Assembly (NCBI GenBank): GCA_964414795.1
Contig: CAYPWV010000004.1
Location: 1,591 to 65,590, forward strand
DNA: 64,000 bases
From: an uncultured Gammaproteobacteria bacterium
GTDB lineage: Bacteria > Patescibacteriota > Patescibacteriia > UBA9934
Direction of reading: 5' to 3'
Position 1 is the stretch's first letter; every line of letters starts with the position of its first letter. Below, one piece after another: positions 18,384-27,335 of this stretch. The notes below the pieces were generated by a model that saw only the letters and a program-made list of their open reading frames with translations, did no database searches and was not told the DNA's origin. Both the position numbers and the translations under genes were made by a program.

Positions 18384-19295
18384 TTACCCCTTCAAAAACT
18401 TGCGTACCGCACCTGCAGTCGTAACTACACCCAACAACGAAAGTCCAATCCATTGCACCAAAAAGAGTGCAATGCCATTTTCAAAATAAAACCGTACAAG
18501 ACTCACCGGAACTCCCGAAAAGAAACGTGCAATAAGCGGCTCAAGCGAAATAAGGACAACCGCAAGAAGACCAGTCATGAGCAACGTTGCAGCAAGGGCA
18601 TAAAAAATGGCTTCAAGCAAAAACGGTGCGCGAATAAACCAGTCTTTCGCACCCACCAATTTCATGACTGAAATTTCATCACGATGCGTATAAATACCTA
18701 CACGAATCGTATTGAACACGATAAGAATGGAAATAAGGCCGAAAAATGCCGCAAGTCCCATACCGCCCCAACGAATGTGATTGGTAAACGTGGAAAGACG
18801 TTCAATAACGTTTTGATAATCTGCGTAATCTTTATCTTTAATATACTGAGAAAATTCGGGGCTATTTACCGCTTCAAGAATAAAGGGGAAATCTTCGGGA
18901 TGCTCGGCCTGCACACGCAGTGCATCACCAAACGGATTACCGTCTACTTCTTTAAGTGCCGCCAAAATCTCTGCGTCATTTGCATGGCGTTCGGTAAAAG
19001 AGATAAGCGCCTCATCAGCAGAAACGGTGGTAACATCACGCACTTGGGGCAAACCAATAAGATACCCGCGCACCGATTTCACCACATCCTCACTTGTTCC
19101 CGGAACAAAATACACTTCAACCTGCACCCGATCTTCAATAGCCTTAATGGAAGCATCGGCAAGCACATTGAGAATAATCACTGCGTTGATGGTAACAAGC
19201 GTAAGAAAAAGAACCGACGTAGTAACAAACGAAAGCCAAAAATTACGAAAGATTCCTTGAAAGGCAAACCTGATCATGCGAAAAAATGCGCGCAT
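18384..19295 (-). CDS. ftsX: Cell division permease FtsX
   Basis: Four-TM topology with a large extracytoplasmic loop, directly downstream of ftsE. Start taken at MRAFFRMIRF; the track start overlaps ftsE. Confidence 0.8.
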   Translation of the reverse strand: MRAFFRMIRFAFQGIFRNFWLSFVTTSVLFLTLVTINAVIILNVLADASIKAIEDRVQVEVYFVPGTSEDVVKSVRGYLIGLPQVRDVTTVSADEALISFTERHANDAEILAALKEVDGNPFGDALRVQAEHPEDFPFILEAVNSPEFSQYIKDKDYADYQNVIERLSTFTNHIRWGGMGLAAFFGLISILIVFNTIRVGIYTHRDEISVMKLVGAKDWFIRAPFLLEAIFYALAATLLMTGLLAVVLISLEPLIARFFSGVPVSLVRFYFENGIALFLVQWIGLSLLGVVTTAGAVRKFLKG

Positions 19296-19296
19296 A

Positions 19297-19980
19297 TTAT
19301 CCAAGATGATATTTTCCTTTTGCGATATCGGAAACCACTTCTCCTTTTTGCATTGTAATAACGCGGCGATTAAGCGCATTCACGATGTCGCGATCATGCG
19401 TTACAAGTACGACCGTGGTGCCAAATTCATTGATACGCTTCAGAAGCTCAATAATTTCTCGTGCGGTTACCGCATCCAAATTACCCGTCGGCTCATCGGC
19501 GAGCATAATTTTTGGACGATGCACGAGCGAACGCGCAATAGAAACACGCTGCTGCTCACCCCCCGAAAGCTGCCGAGGATACCGATGCGCCTTATCTGCA
19601 AGCCCCACAATTTTTAATACTTGCGGAACGATCTCATTGATGCGCTTGTTAGACTCTCCCGCAACTTCAAGCGCAAACGCAACATTTTCAAAAGCGGTTT
19701 TTTTGGGAAGAAGTTTATAATCCTGAAAAACCATCCCAAGCTGTCGGCGCAATGCAGGAACTTGATAATGAGGAATTTTAGAAATATCCCATTCGCCAAT
19801 AAGCACCTGACCTTCGCTGGGTTTTTCTTCTGCGGAAATGAGTTTTGCAATAGTGGTTTTTCCGCTTCCGCTGGAACCGACGATCGAAACAAATTCCCCC
19901 GACTCAATATGAAACGTAACTCCGCGAAGTGCGTGCACATCGGGAGGATAGATTTTCGTAACATTGCGCAGCGTAATCAT
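19297..19980 (-). CDS. ftsE: Cell division ATP-binding protein FtsE (ABC ATPase)
   Basis: Walker A GSSGSGKTT, ABC signature LSGGEQQRVSIARSL, Walker B IMLADEPTGNLD. Confidence 0.9.
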   Translation of the reverse strand: MITLRNVTKIYPPDVHALRGVTFHIESGEFVSIVGSSGSGKTTIAKLISAEEKPSEGQVLIGEWDISKIPHYQVPALRRQLGMVFQDYKLLPKKTAFENVAFALEVAGESNKRINEIVPQVLKIVGLADKAHRYPRQLSGGEQQRVSIARSLVHRPKIMLADEPTGNLDAVTAREIIELLKRINEFGTTVVLVTHDRDIVNALNRRVITMQKGEVVSDIAKGKYHLG

Positions 19981-19994
19981 GAAAGTAGTATAGC

Positions 19995-20194
19995 GTATGG
20001 GAAAGTGGGAAGTAGAGAGTTGTTAGTTTGAAGTGAGTGGATGCTATGTTTTGTCGTGATACAGACAACAGACTACAGACGGCAGATGGGGAAAGTGATC
20101 AGAATCAGATATCTCTTATCTGTCGTCTGTAGTCTGTTATCTAAAAGGAACATCTTTTCACTTCAAACTAACAACTACAAACTTCATAACTTCA
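19995..20194. repeat. MITE-like composite palindromic repeat, family A copy 1
   Basis: Terminal inverted repeats AGTTGTTAGTTTGAAGTGA / TCACTTCAAACTAACAACT; internal IR CAGACTACAGACGGCAGAT / ATCTGTCGTCTGTAGTCTG. Shares GTTTGAAGTGAGTGGATG and ACAGACGGCAGATGG modules with the copies at 42.3, 44.3 and 58.8 kb. Confidence 0.7.
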
Positions 20195-20196
20195 AA

Positions 20197-20231
20197 AGAA
20201 AAGACTCCGTGCATATGCACGGAGTCTTTTC
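20197..20231 (-). terminator. Perfect palindromic hairpin with flanking A/T runs; terminator of tRNA-Thr (bidirectional)
   Basis: AAAAGACTCCGTGCAT|ATGCACGGAGTCTTTT directly 3' of the minus-strand tRNA. Confidence 0.6.
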
Positions 20232-20234
20232 TTC

Positions 20235-20310
20235 TGGAGCCGATGACCGGGCTCGAACCGGTGACCTGCGGTTTACGATACCGCTGCTCTACCAACTGAG
20301 CTACATCGGC
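20235..20310 (-). tRNA. tRNA-Thr (anticodon CGT)
   Basis: RC folds as acceptor GCCGATG/CATCGGC, D-arm GCTC-AGTTGGTA-GAGC, anticodon stem GCGGT/ACCGC, loop ATCGTAA, T-arm ACCGG-TTCGAGC-CCGGT, CCA. Confidence 0.85.
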
Positions 20311-20416
20311 GTTTAGCGGACACAGTAAACCACGAAAGGCACTTTTCGTAAAGCAAAGTTTCCCCTGCACTCCAGACGAGGTAGAATACCTTAAAAGAAG
20401 ATAAAAAAAGTATTTT

Positions 20417-21952
20417 ATGGTGGATGGATACGGTCCCGAAATAATCGGAGGTAGAGAACAAGAGAAAACAATTCTTGAACAAAAAATAACGACTTTCTAT
20501 ACCTATGTTGCATCACTTTCTCGTGAGCTCAGTGCATCTGCACGAAGAAAGGCGGTCGTAGAAGCAATCAATGAACGATTTACCGAGAAAGAGTGCAAAC
20601 TTCTCGAAAAAGTTCACGACATTCTTTGGATTGATACGGAGGTATTTTGTAAAAGAACCGGTCAAGAAGTTGCACCCCCAAGCCTCCGTGAGGATATACG
20701 ACGTATTGTAATACTCGAAGAAAAGAATCCCGGAATAGGAAAACGTATCTTTGAAAAATATGGGTATCTTCCTAAAAAAGATGTTTCGTTGGAAGAAATT
20801 CAATGTATGGATACATGCACTGCAGATTTCTTTCATGCCTTTCTCGAGCATTTCGATAATACTCGTGAAGGAGATATACAAACCCTCATAAATATCTGCA
20901 CCGGACTAGAGTCAGCAATACAGCAGAGCAACAAATTATCAGCCGTTCTTGAAATCTTTGATATGTTAGAAAAAAATACTGTTCTCTTGAGAAAGATAAG
21001 AGGTTTACTATCAGAACTTCATACATATGCTATTGATGATCTTCTTGAAGAACTAAGAAACAAAAACGAATATCTCAATAGTGTTGCACAACGCAACAGT
21101 CTTTTTATTACCACCTGTCGTAGATCAGGAATCATAAATCAGGAAAAAACAGTTGCTGAAAAAGAAAAATTGGAAACAGCGCTTGCGCTCATGCTTGGTG
21201 CAAAAGGACTTAACGTGCGAGATTGCTTAGAAGCTTGGCAAAGCACTACTATCGATAACCAGCAAACCATAGAAAAAAATCTCTACGCCATTGATAAGCT
21301 TGAACAAGCAATGCCAGGATCAGCCGCAAAGCTTTATAAACAGTTCGGCATTCGTCACTTCGCACGCTATCCCCAAAAGCTTCTTCTTCGTCAAGCGGAG
21401 TATGCAGAAAATGACACGGTGCCTTATGGAATTGCCCTCTATCCAACCGCTGATCGCAACGGCACATTTTCTTATGACGAAAAAATGTTCACAAATTTGA
21501 GCAATGACTTAAAGGGCATAGGTTGCGAACTTCGTGTAATGGAAGTGAAGGGAAAGCACGATATTGGTCGAAGATTTTTTATGCTTCGGGATGCTTTTCC
21601 AACTCATCTTATTGAGTTTGCAGTCATTGGTGGCCATGGAGATGCAGAGAGCATCACCCTAGGAGGCGATCAAGCGCGAGAAACACTTTCGAAAAAAGAT
21701 TTAACAGGAAGAGGGATGAAAAGAATCGGGGGGTTTTTTGTTCATCAACCATCAATCGTATTGGTGTCTTGCTCTACAGGAAAGGAATCTGGAATAGGTC
21801 AGGAAATTTCGAGTATTTTTGGCGCAGAAGTTACAGCGCCCAAAGAAGACGCAGCTCGTGCAAGTATTCGTGCACAAAAGCGAAACGGAAAAATTATCTT
21901 AAACGCCACCTACAACGTAGAAAAAAACCAATACCTACAGGGAAGATCGTAA
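20417..21952 (+). CDS. Large hypothetical protein with C-terminal caspase-like (CHAT/peptidase C14-type) His-Cys dyad
   Basis: The beta-strand+GHG motif (EFAVIGGHGD) and, about 45 aa later, the beta-strand+Cys motif (IVLVSCSTGKE) match the caspase/CHAT catalytic dyad geometry. The N-terminal ~370 aa is helical. Confidence 0.5.
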   Translation: MVDGYGPEIIGGREQEKTILEQKITTFYTYVASLSRELSASARRKAVVEAINERFTEKECKLLEKVHDILWIDTEVFCKRTGQEVAPPSLREDIRRIVILEEKNPGIGKRIFEKYGYLPKKDVSLEEIQCMDTCTADFFHAFLEHFDNTREGDIQTLINICTGLESAIQQSNKLSAVLEIFDMLEKNTVLLRKIRGLLSELHTYAIDDLLEELRNKNEYLNSVAQRNSLFITTCRRSGIINQEKTVAEKEKLETALALMLGAKGLNVRDCLEAWQSTTIDNQQTIEKNLYAIDKLEQAMPGSAAKLYKQFGIRHFARYPQKLLLRQAEYAENDTVPYGIALYPTADRNGTFSYDEKMFTNLSNDLKGIGCELRVMEVKGKHDIGRRFFMLRDAFPTHLIEFAVIGGHGDAESITLGGDQARETLSKKDLTGRGMKRIGGFFVHQPSIVLVSCSTGKESGIGQEISSIFGAEVTAPKEDAARASIRAQKRNGKIILNATYNVEKNQYLQGRS

Positions 21953-21955
21953 CAA

Positions 21956-22762
21956 TTACCACACAAAAACCCATGCAGGATGTTCTTCGGCGTGGATGCG
22001 CAAAACGTCAGCAAGCGTGGGCTTGTTGATAGCAATGCCGCGCAGATGAATCCAAGCCGTGTCGTCTTTTCCTCCTGCATCAACCACTTTTAACACCCAA
22101 AACGCATCGGTACCCACAAAATCAGCACGAACTTCATCAACCTGCATCGTTGCCGCACCTTGCGCCCATGCAGGAAGATCGGAAACAAGGAAGACCCCCA
22201 AGTCTCCCCCGTTTATCGCCGAACTATCTTCCGAAAAATACCGCGCAATATCCGCAAAGGGCATATCGAGATCAATCTTATCGAGCACATTTTGTAAACG
22301 CATTTCTTGCGAAGGAAGCGCTTTATCTCGCAGTGCATGTGCAGCTCGCATGCGGAAAAAAGGTTCTTCGAGATACTTTTCTTGCTCATACGAAGAAATC
22401 CCTGCATGTGCAAGCGCTGCCGTGTCGCTCTCCGTAAAAAGCGCATCTTGCACCGGCACATCCGCACCATCTAAAAGATCTTTTACACGGGCATCACGCA
22501 CTACAAACGCAAGGGCCTTGGGAAATGCTTCTTGATACGTAGATGCAACCTGAAGCGCCACAAACGCATGTACCGTTTCAACCACACGATGATACGAAAC
22601 CGGAGAACCATGTACCCACGCAGGTGGAAAAACGAGATATGAAACACCTCGCATCATGCCGTCCCCCACATGAAAAAAAACCGCACTCAATTGCAGCAAA
22701 AACCACAATACAAACACCCCACCCCCTACCCCCCACCCCCATTTTTTCTGACGCTCCGTCAT
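21956..22762 (-). CDS. Membrane-anchored parvulin-type peptidyl-prolyl isomerase (PrsA/PpiC-like)
   Basis: N-terminal TM and PpiC motif INGGDLGVFLVSDL. Confidence 0.7.
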   Translation of the reverse strand: MTERQKKWGWGVGGGVFVLWFLLQLSAVFFHVGDGMMRGVSYLVFPPAWVHGSPVSYHRVVETVHAFVALQVASTYQEAFPKALAFVVRDARVKDLLDGADVPVQDALFTESDTAALAHAGISSYEQEKYLEEPFFRMRAAHALRDKALPSQEMRLQNVLDKIDLDMPFADIARYFSEDSSAINGGDLGVFLVSDLPAWAQGAATMQVDEVRADFVGTDAFWVLKVVDAGGKDDTAWIHLRGIAINKPTLADVLRIHAEEHPAWVFVW

Positions 22763-23190
22763 AGCACATCACTCTCTTGCACAGAACTTGGCGAGAAAAA
22801 ATAATAAAACCACTTTACGGGATTACTCAGCGCAGGATCGGTAGCAATATCACCGCCTTCATTTGTTCCTTGGGGGTCGATACGTTGATCGACCCGTACT
22901 TCCGCATCATCTACCACGTACATCGTTTCTCCTTCTTTTGCTAAATTTAATTTGGTGCGCGCCTCACTTTCTACTGCAGTTTCTGTAGAGAGTTGCGCAA
23001 TGAGTTGCAAAGATGCGAGATGCTGCGTATTTAATGCAGCATTTTCTGCCTCCATGCGATCAAGCTCGGTAGCAATATCGATATTGCGCACATATTCGCG
23101 CACAAACGCAAAAGCAACAAGCAAAAGAAGCCCGATAACGCCAACGGTTATCCACGTACGCGAAGAAAATGTTCGTACACTATGCGCCAT
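22759..23190 (-). CDS. Septum formation initiator family protein (FtsB/DivIC-like)
   Basis: Single TM followed by a coiled coil (ELDRMEAENAALNTQHLASLQ), about 140 aa, upstream neighbour of the Mur ligase. Confidence 0.5.
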   Translation of the reverse strand: MAHSVRTFSSRTWITVGVIGLLLLVAFAFVREYVRNIDIATELDRMEAENAALNTQHLASLQLIAQLSTETAVESEARTKLNLAKEGETMYVVDDAEVRVDQRIDPQGTNEGGDIATDPALSNPVKWFYYFFSPSSVQESDVL

Positions 23191-24490
23191 ACCCTAACGA
23201 TAATAGCACGTCACGGGCGATGTGTCGGTCATCCCAAGGAATCATTTTGCCATCTGCAACCGCCATCACGGGCTCGGAACCTTTCCCGGTAATAAGAACA
23301 ATATCCCCCGCTTGCGCCTGCTCGAGCGCAAAACGAATCGCCTCTTTCCGATCGCTTTTAAGAAACAAATTCTCCCCATCTTTCTTGCCGCGCTCACGAG
23401 CTCCTGCTGCTACCGCTTCAATAATACGTTGCGGATCTTCGTCATAGGGATCTTCGTTGGTGACAATCACCACGTCTTCATGCTCAGCTGCAAATGCACC
23501 AATAAGCGGCCTACGCGCCTTATCGCGCCCGCCTCCCGCCGAACCATGCACACCAATCACCTTTCCGGTATGCGGAGGAAGCGACGCAAAAAGCGCCTGA
23601 AGTGCATACGGCTCATACGCATAATCTACAATCACCGCAAAAGGCTGGCCAGCGATGATACGCTCAAAACGGCCTGCAACATCATGCAGTTTTTCAGATG
23701 CACGAAGAACATCGGGAAGCGCGAATCCACATACTCGTACCGTAGCAACCGCAGCAAGCGCATTTAACCGAGAAAAATGTGCGGGCAAGTGCCAATACGC
23801 CGTACGATCTTCAACCTGTATCTGTGCGCCCTCCGCATCGTGTGAAATTTCGTGCGCAATAATATTTTTATTTCCCCCATCCCACCCAAATCCCCAATGC
23901 ACATCCGCAGGAAATTTTGCAAAATATTCCGCATACGCATCATCACTATTCACAATGATCTGCTTCGAAATCTTTTTTCCTCCTATCACCTTATGCGGAC
24001 GCTGTGTAAGATGCGAAAAAAGCAAACCCTTCGCCTGTTGATATTTTTCAAAACTTCCATGCGATTCAATGTGCTCAGGGGTGAGATTGGTAAACACGGC
24101 AATATCGTAATTGATACTTACGTGACGAAACTGCGCCAAACCTTGCGATGACGTTTCAATAATCGCATACGTACATCCCGCATCTTTCATATCACGCAAC
24201 ATTTTCTGCAACGCAAAACGCCCCGGCATCGTCATCTTCATGCGATTTTCAACCGCTTTTCCTGCAATAGAAAATCCGGCCGTAGACGTATATCCCACCT
24301 TTTCGCCAAGCTCGGTAAGCAATTGCGCAATAAACTGCACGGTCGTCGACTTTCCATTTGTTCCTGTAACACCAATAACGATAAGATCATTCGACGGATT
24401 GCCGTACACCATTCCCGCAAGATAGCCAAGCAGTGCATGATATGCCTGAAGTGCAGGTTGAGGAATGTATTTTTTCAGCGCGTGCAGCAT
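23180..24490 (-). CDS. murE: Mur ligase family protein, MurE-like (short N-terminal domain)
   Basis: P-loop VIGVTGTNGKSTT and a C-terminal DNPR-like VIVTNEDPYDEDPQRI. Only ~40 aa precede the P-loop, so a FolC/MurT-like alternative is not fully excluded. Confidence 0.7.
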   Translation of the reverse strand: MLHALKKYIPQPALQAYHALLGYLAGMVYGNPSNDLIVIGVTGTNGKSTTVQFIAQLLTELGEKVGYTSTAGFSIAGKAVENRMKMTMPGRFALQKMLRDMKDAGCTYAIIETSSQGLAQFRHVSINYDIAVFTNLTPEHIESHGSFEKYQQAKGLLFSHLTQRPHKVIGGKKISKQIIVNSDDAYAEYFAKFPADVHWGFGWDGGNKNIIAHEISHDAEGAQIQVEDRTAYWHLPAHFSRLNALAAVATVRVCGFALPDVLRASEKLHDVAGRFERIIAGQPFAVIVDYAYEPYALQALFASLPPHTGKVIGVHGSAGGGRDKARRPLIGAFAAEHEDVVIVTNEDPYDEDPQRIIEAVAAGARERGKKDGENLFLKSDRKEAIRFALEQAQAGDIVLITGKGSEPVMAVADGKMIPWDDRHIARDVLLSLGYGA

Positions 24491-24493
24491 AAT

Positions 24494-24709
24494 TTACTTT
24501 TTCTCTTCCCAATCTTTCAAAGAAATTTTTGCCTGACGTAAAATCTCTGCAAGTAGGGATGCGCCAATGTCATGTTTATGGGAGTTTGGGATATGTAAAA
24601 TGAATGATTCTTTGATCATGAATGGATGCTTACCGCCGTATTCTGGACCCAAAAAACCCAATAATCGCAATCTGCGTACAAGTTCACGCCAGGACACGGG
24701 TTTTGGCAT
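24494..24709 (-). CDS. hicA: HicA-family mRNA interferase toxin
   Basis: 71 aa; WRELVRRLRLLGFLGPEYGGKHPFMIK is typical of HicA (YcfA-like). Confidence 0.7.
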   Translation of the reverse strand: MPKPVSWRELVRRLRLLGFLGPEYGGKHPFMIKESFILHIPNSHKHDIGASLLAEILRQAKISLKDWEEKK

Positions 24710-24959
24710 AGTTTTCTGTGCGAATCTTTTTTGTTTGCATTCCAGGAATGGGAATATTTTTACGGATCTTCAAAAAGAGCCAGGATTCAATAATCTCTGC
24801 AAGTTCGCTTCGGCATTTTTCTAATGTCTTTCCACTCGCCCACACGCCATCAAGACCAGGAACCTCGCCAAAATAGGTTCCATCGCTCAACAGTTTATAT
24901 TTCGCTTTTGCAAGTTGTTCGGAAATATAGCGAGTTATCATACACATATACCATAACAT
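24684..24959 (-). CDS. hicB: HicB-family antitoxin (UPF0150)
   Basis: YFGEVPGLDGVWASGKTLEKCRSELAEIIESWL matches the HicB N-domain; 26-nt overlap with hicA. Confidence 0.65.
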   Translation of the reverse strand: MLWYMCMITRYISEQLAKAKYKLLSDGTYFGEVPGLDGVWASGKTLEKCRSELAEIIESWLFLKIRKNIPIPGMQTKKIRTENYAKTRVLA

Positions 24960-24983
24960 ATCCTTTTGTAAGCTGGAAAGAAC

Positions 24984-25016
24984 AAAAAATACTCCGAAAA
25001 CCGGAGTATTTTTTGA
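24984..25016 (-). terminator. Perfect hairpin AATACTCCG-AAAA-CCGGAGTATT flanked by A6/T6 (bidirectional terminator)
   Basis: Seen directly. It lies 3' of the minus-strand tRNA-like gene. Confidence 0.55.
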
Positions 25017-25119
25017 TCATTCGGGACGTGCCTAACGGCACACCTGACAACAGAAGTAAACCATAAAAAGAACATTTCTACAAGAGCTTGTGGAAAAATG
25101 TGCCGGACCACTGAGGTAT

Positions 25120-25196
25120 TGGTGGACTGGACGAGGATTGAACTCGCAACTCCCGAATGATAAGTCAGGTGTGTTACCAATTAATACCACCAGCCC
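25120..25196 (-). tRNA. tRNA-like gene with atypical D/anticodon arms (identity unassigned; possible pseudo-tRNA)
   Basis: RC gives a good acceptor (GGGCTGG/CCAGTCC with one G-U), a canonical T-arm GCGAG-TTCAATC-CTCGT and CCA. The anticodon stem CCTGA/TCGGG encloses an 8-nt loop CTTATCAT, or a 7-nt loop with a mismatch and anticodon TAT. The D-stem is poor; length is 77 nt. Confidence 0.4.
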
Positions 25197-25390
25197 AGAT
25201 GATCCGGCGAAAGGCATCATATCATAAACATACGAACAAGATACGAACAAAAAATACCCCCATAAAAACAGAGTCCCCCATAGCTCCGAAGAGTACGAGG
25301 GAAGACGATCGGCAGCGCACGAGGGCGCCACCGAATTTTGGGAGAACTCTACCTGTCTCCCTGTCAGGTGCCTCTTCGCCTCGGGGAAGG

Positions 25391-26290
25391 CTAGAAGCGG
25401 TAACCGATGCCGGCGTCGGCGACCCCAGTACCGGCGAACAATCCGCCACCTCCGTCGGTGATCCAGAGGCCACTGCCCCCGGCGCTGCCCGTAACAAAAA
25501 GGTGCCCGTCGTCACCCAGGTTGATCTCGAGGAAGAGGCGGACCTGGCCTCCATCCCCCTTGAGGGTGACAAGGCCGTCATCGAACCCGCCGGCCTCGAT
25601 GTGGAAGTAGCTGATCCGCAGGCCAGCACGACCACGAGAGCTGCCGTAGAAGAGGCCTGCTCCGCCGCTTGCGCCGGTCGAAGCGCTACCGGCGACCATG
25701 AGCGTGGCACCGGCCTCCCAACCCACGCCCGAGGGCTTCAACTGGGAAACCGACAGCCCAACGCTCGAGGTCCAGAGACCTTCGATATGGGTTCCTGCCA
25801 GGTGCGGGTCGTCCATCCAGATTCCTCCGCCGGCGCCGGTGACGGCCAGGCGGACCGGACTTGCGTCGCGGCCATTGGTGCCGTTGGTACCGTTGACACC
25901 GCTGCAGACATAGTAGGTGTTGGTCACCTCGCTCATCTGCAGAGCCTTGTCGCCGTTGAGATCCAAGCCGACTCCGACCTTGACCCCACCTGCAGGGCAA
26001 TGCGCGCCCGGCAGTTCGGGGACAGAGGTCGAGAGGGTGCTCTTGCCGTTCACCCCATCGGTACCATCCACGCCGTCCACGCCGGGCTTGCCGCGGTAAC
26101 CGCGTTTGCCCTCGACGACGGGGACCGTCGTGATGACCGCGCCGCCGCCCTGTTCGCGGATCCGGAGCTCCGCGATCTGAGTGGCCAGGCAGGCCACCCG
26201 CTCCTCGAGCGTCCCGAGGCACATGGCCGGGGGGCTGGTGGGAGCGCTGTCGGCCAGGGCGACTGAGAGAACCAGAGAAGCGATCAGCAT
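25391..26290 (-). CDS. Secreted collagen-like repeat protein with Gly-rich beta-rich C-terminal domain ending in aromatic residue (..GIGYRF)
   Basis: Signal peptide MLIASLVLSVALADSA; G-X-Y repeats GKRGYRGKPGVDGVDGTDGVNGK. The region is visibly GC-rich and all six frames are open, so antisense ORFs are spurious. Confidence 0.5.
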   Translation of the reverse strand: MLIASLVLSVALADSAPTSPPAMCLGTLEERVACLATQIAELRIREQGGGAVITTVPVVEGKRGYRGKPGVDGVDGTDGVNGKSTLSTSVPELPGAHCPAGGVKVGVGLDLNGDKALQMSEVTNTYYVCSGVNGTNGTNGRDASPVRLAVTGAGGGIWMDDPHLAGTHIEGLWTSSVGLSVSQLKPSGVGWEAGATLMVAGSASTGASGGAGLFYGSSRGRAGLRISYFHIEAGGFDDGLVTLKGDGGQVRLFLEINLGDDGHLFVTGSAGGSGLWITDGGGGLFAGTGVADAGIGYRF

Positions 26291-26736
26291 GGAAACACGT
26301 CCTTTCCCGGCTTGTATGCCGGAAATCAGAGGGATTTTCTATCGAGACTAGAACTAAAAAAGAGCGGTTACAGAGGTCTTTTGGGGTCTTGGGGACCCAG
26401 AAAGACTTGTGCCGCAAGAGGGGCTTTCCCAGGGCGAGATATCAGCGTATGCAGTGGAGGAGCATGCACACACGACCTCTCGCCCTGGAAAATCCTCTCA
26501 AAGCGGGACGTTCTAGAGTACCAAAAAAGAGGAGAAAAGTCAAATATATGAAGGGTTATATTATATTGTCCACAAGTTGTTTGACTACTTAAAAATGACG
26601 TGTTTAAATGGAAATAAGCAATCGTGATGCAAATCCTGATTGATGTCATAAATACACTCCCCTGCAAAACAGGTGGGGTGTATTTACTTTCTGCTTCTTT
26701 ATTCTTTTTTCCTTTTTTACTATGCTCTCTATAGCT

Positions 26737-26970
26737 ATGAAAGCTCGTATCCTTTATTACACCGTTCTTCTCCAATCTGAAAAAGAAGGTGGTTTTACGG
26801 TTACCGTTCCCGATCTTCCTGGATGCGTTACGTTTGGATCAACCGTTGAAGAAGCGCAAGAAAAGGCAAAAGATGCTATTACGGGATATTTGGCAAGCAT
26901 TAAAAAGCACAAACAAAAAGTTCCTCATCATACGCACAGTCTTGTTACTTCAGTCGAAGTTCGCGTGTAG
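26737..26970 (+). CDS. HicB-like antitoxin (UPF0150), second copy
   Basis: YTVLLQSEKEGGFTVTVPDLPGCVTFGSTVEEAQEKAKDAITGYL. Confidence 0.55.
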   Translation: MKARILYYTVLLQSEKEGGFTVTVPDLPGCVTFGSTVEEAQEKAKDAITGYLASIKKHKQKVPHHTHSLVTSVEVRV

Positions 26971-27100
26971 TCATTACATTTTCTATCAACCAACAACGGG
27001 AAAACGAGTTGTGGCTCCCCATCACACCAAAGATCTTCCTCGGGGTACGTTGATGGCTATTATTCATGCATCGGGTATTGCGAGAGAGGATTTCTCTTAG
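26873..27100 (+). CDS. HicA-like toxin remnant overlapping the HicB-like ORF out of frame (possibly degenerate)
   Basis: The C-terminus GKRVVAPHHTKDLPRGTLMAIIHASGIAREDF matches the HicA C-terminal half. The N-terminus overlaps hicB by ~100 nt in another frame, suggesting a frameshifted or decaying toxin. Confidence 0.35.
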   Translation: MLLRDIWQALKSTNKKFLIIRTVLLLQSKFACSHYIFYQPTTGKRVVAPHHTKDLPRGTLMAIIHASGIAREDFS

Positions 27101-27164
27101 AGCAGACATTAGAGCAGACCCTCTGGACAGGGATATTTGTTTCTTTTACAATCCCCAAAACCGC

Positions 27165-27260
27165 AAAAAATCCTCTTTCTTGGCCAGAGTGAGCGGATAC
27201 AACGTCTCCTCCTCGCTGTATCTCGTTACCCTCTGGCTGCGAAAGAGGATTTTTTGTTAA
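27165..27260. terminator. Long bidirectional hairpin terminator (AAAAAATCCTCTTTC..GCCAGAG../..CTCTGGC..GAAAGAGGATTTTTT)
   Basis: Seen directly downstream of the M23 peptidase gene. A second GC hairpin GCCCGAGAGG..CCCTCGGGC follows. Confidence 0.5.
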
Positions 27261-27335
27261 GCAAAGCGCCCGAGAGGAGATTCCCCCTCGGGCACACGAC
27301 CTCTTGGTGCCCAACGAATCGGGCGCGCGTAGAGG

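Noticed and set aside
18453-19720. Plus-strand ORFs (e.g. 18684..19358, 19385..19720) antisense to ftsX/ftsE
   Set aside because: They overlap highly conserved ftsE/ftsX coding sequence; the translations are low-complexity.
20041-20370. ORFs 20041..20316 + and 20158..20370 - over the tRNA-Thr and family-A repeat
   Set aside because: They overlap a well-folded tRNA gene and its terminator hairpin; they are products of repeat sequence.
25157-26417. Long ORFs in several frames over the collagen-like gene (e.g. 25157..26266 +, 25686..26417 -)
   Set aside because: The high GC content keeps all frames open. Only the 25391..26290 frame gives a signal peptide, G-X-Y repeats and a sensible composition; the others are Arg/Pro-rich nonsense.
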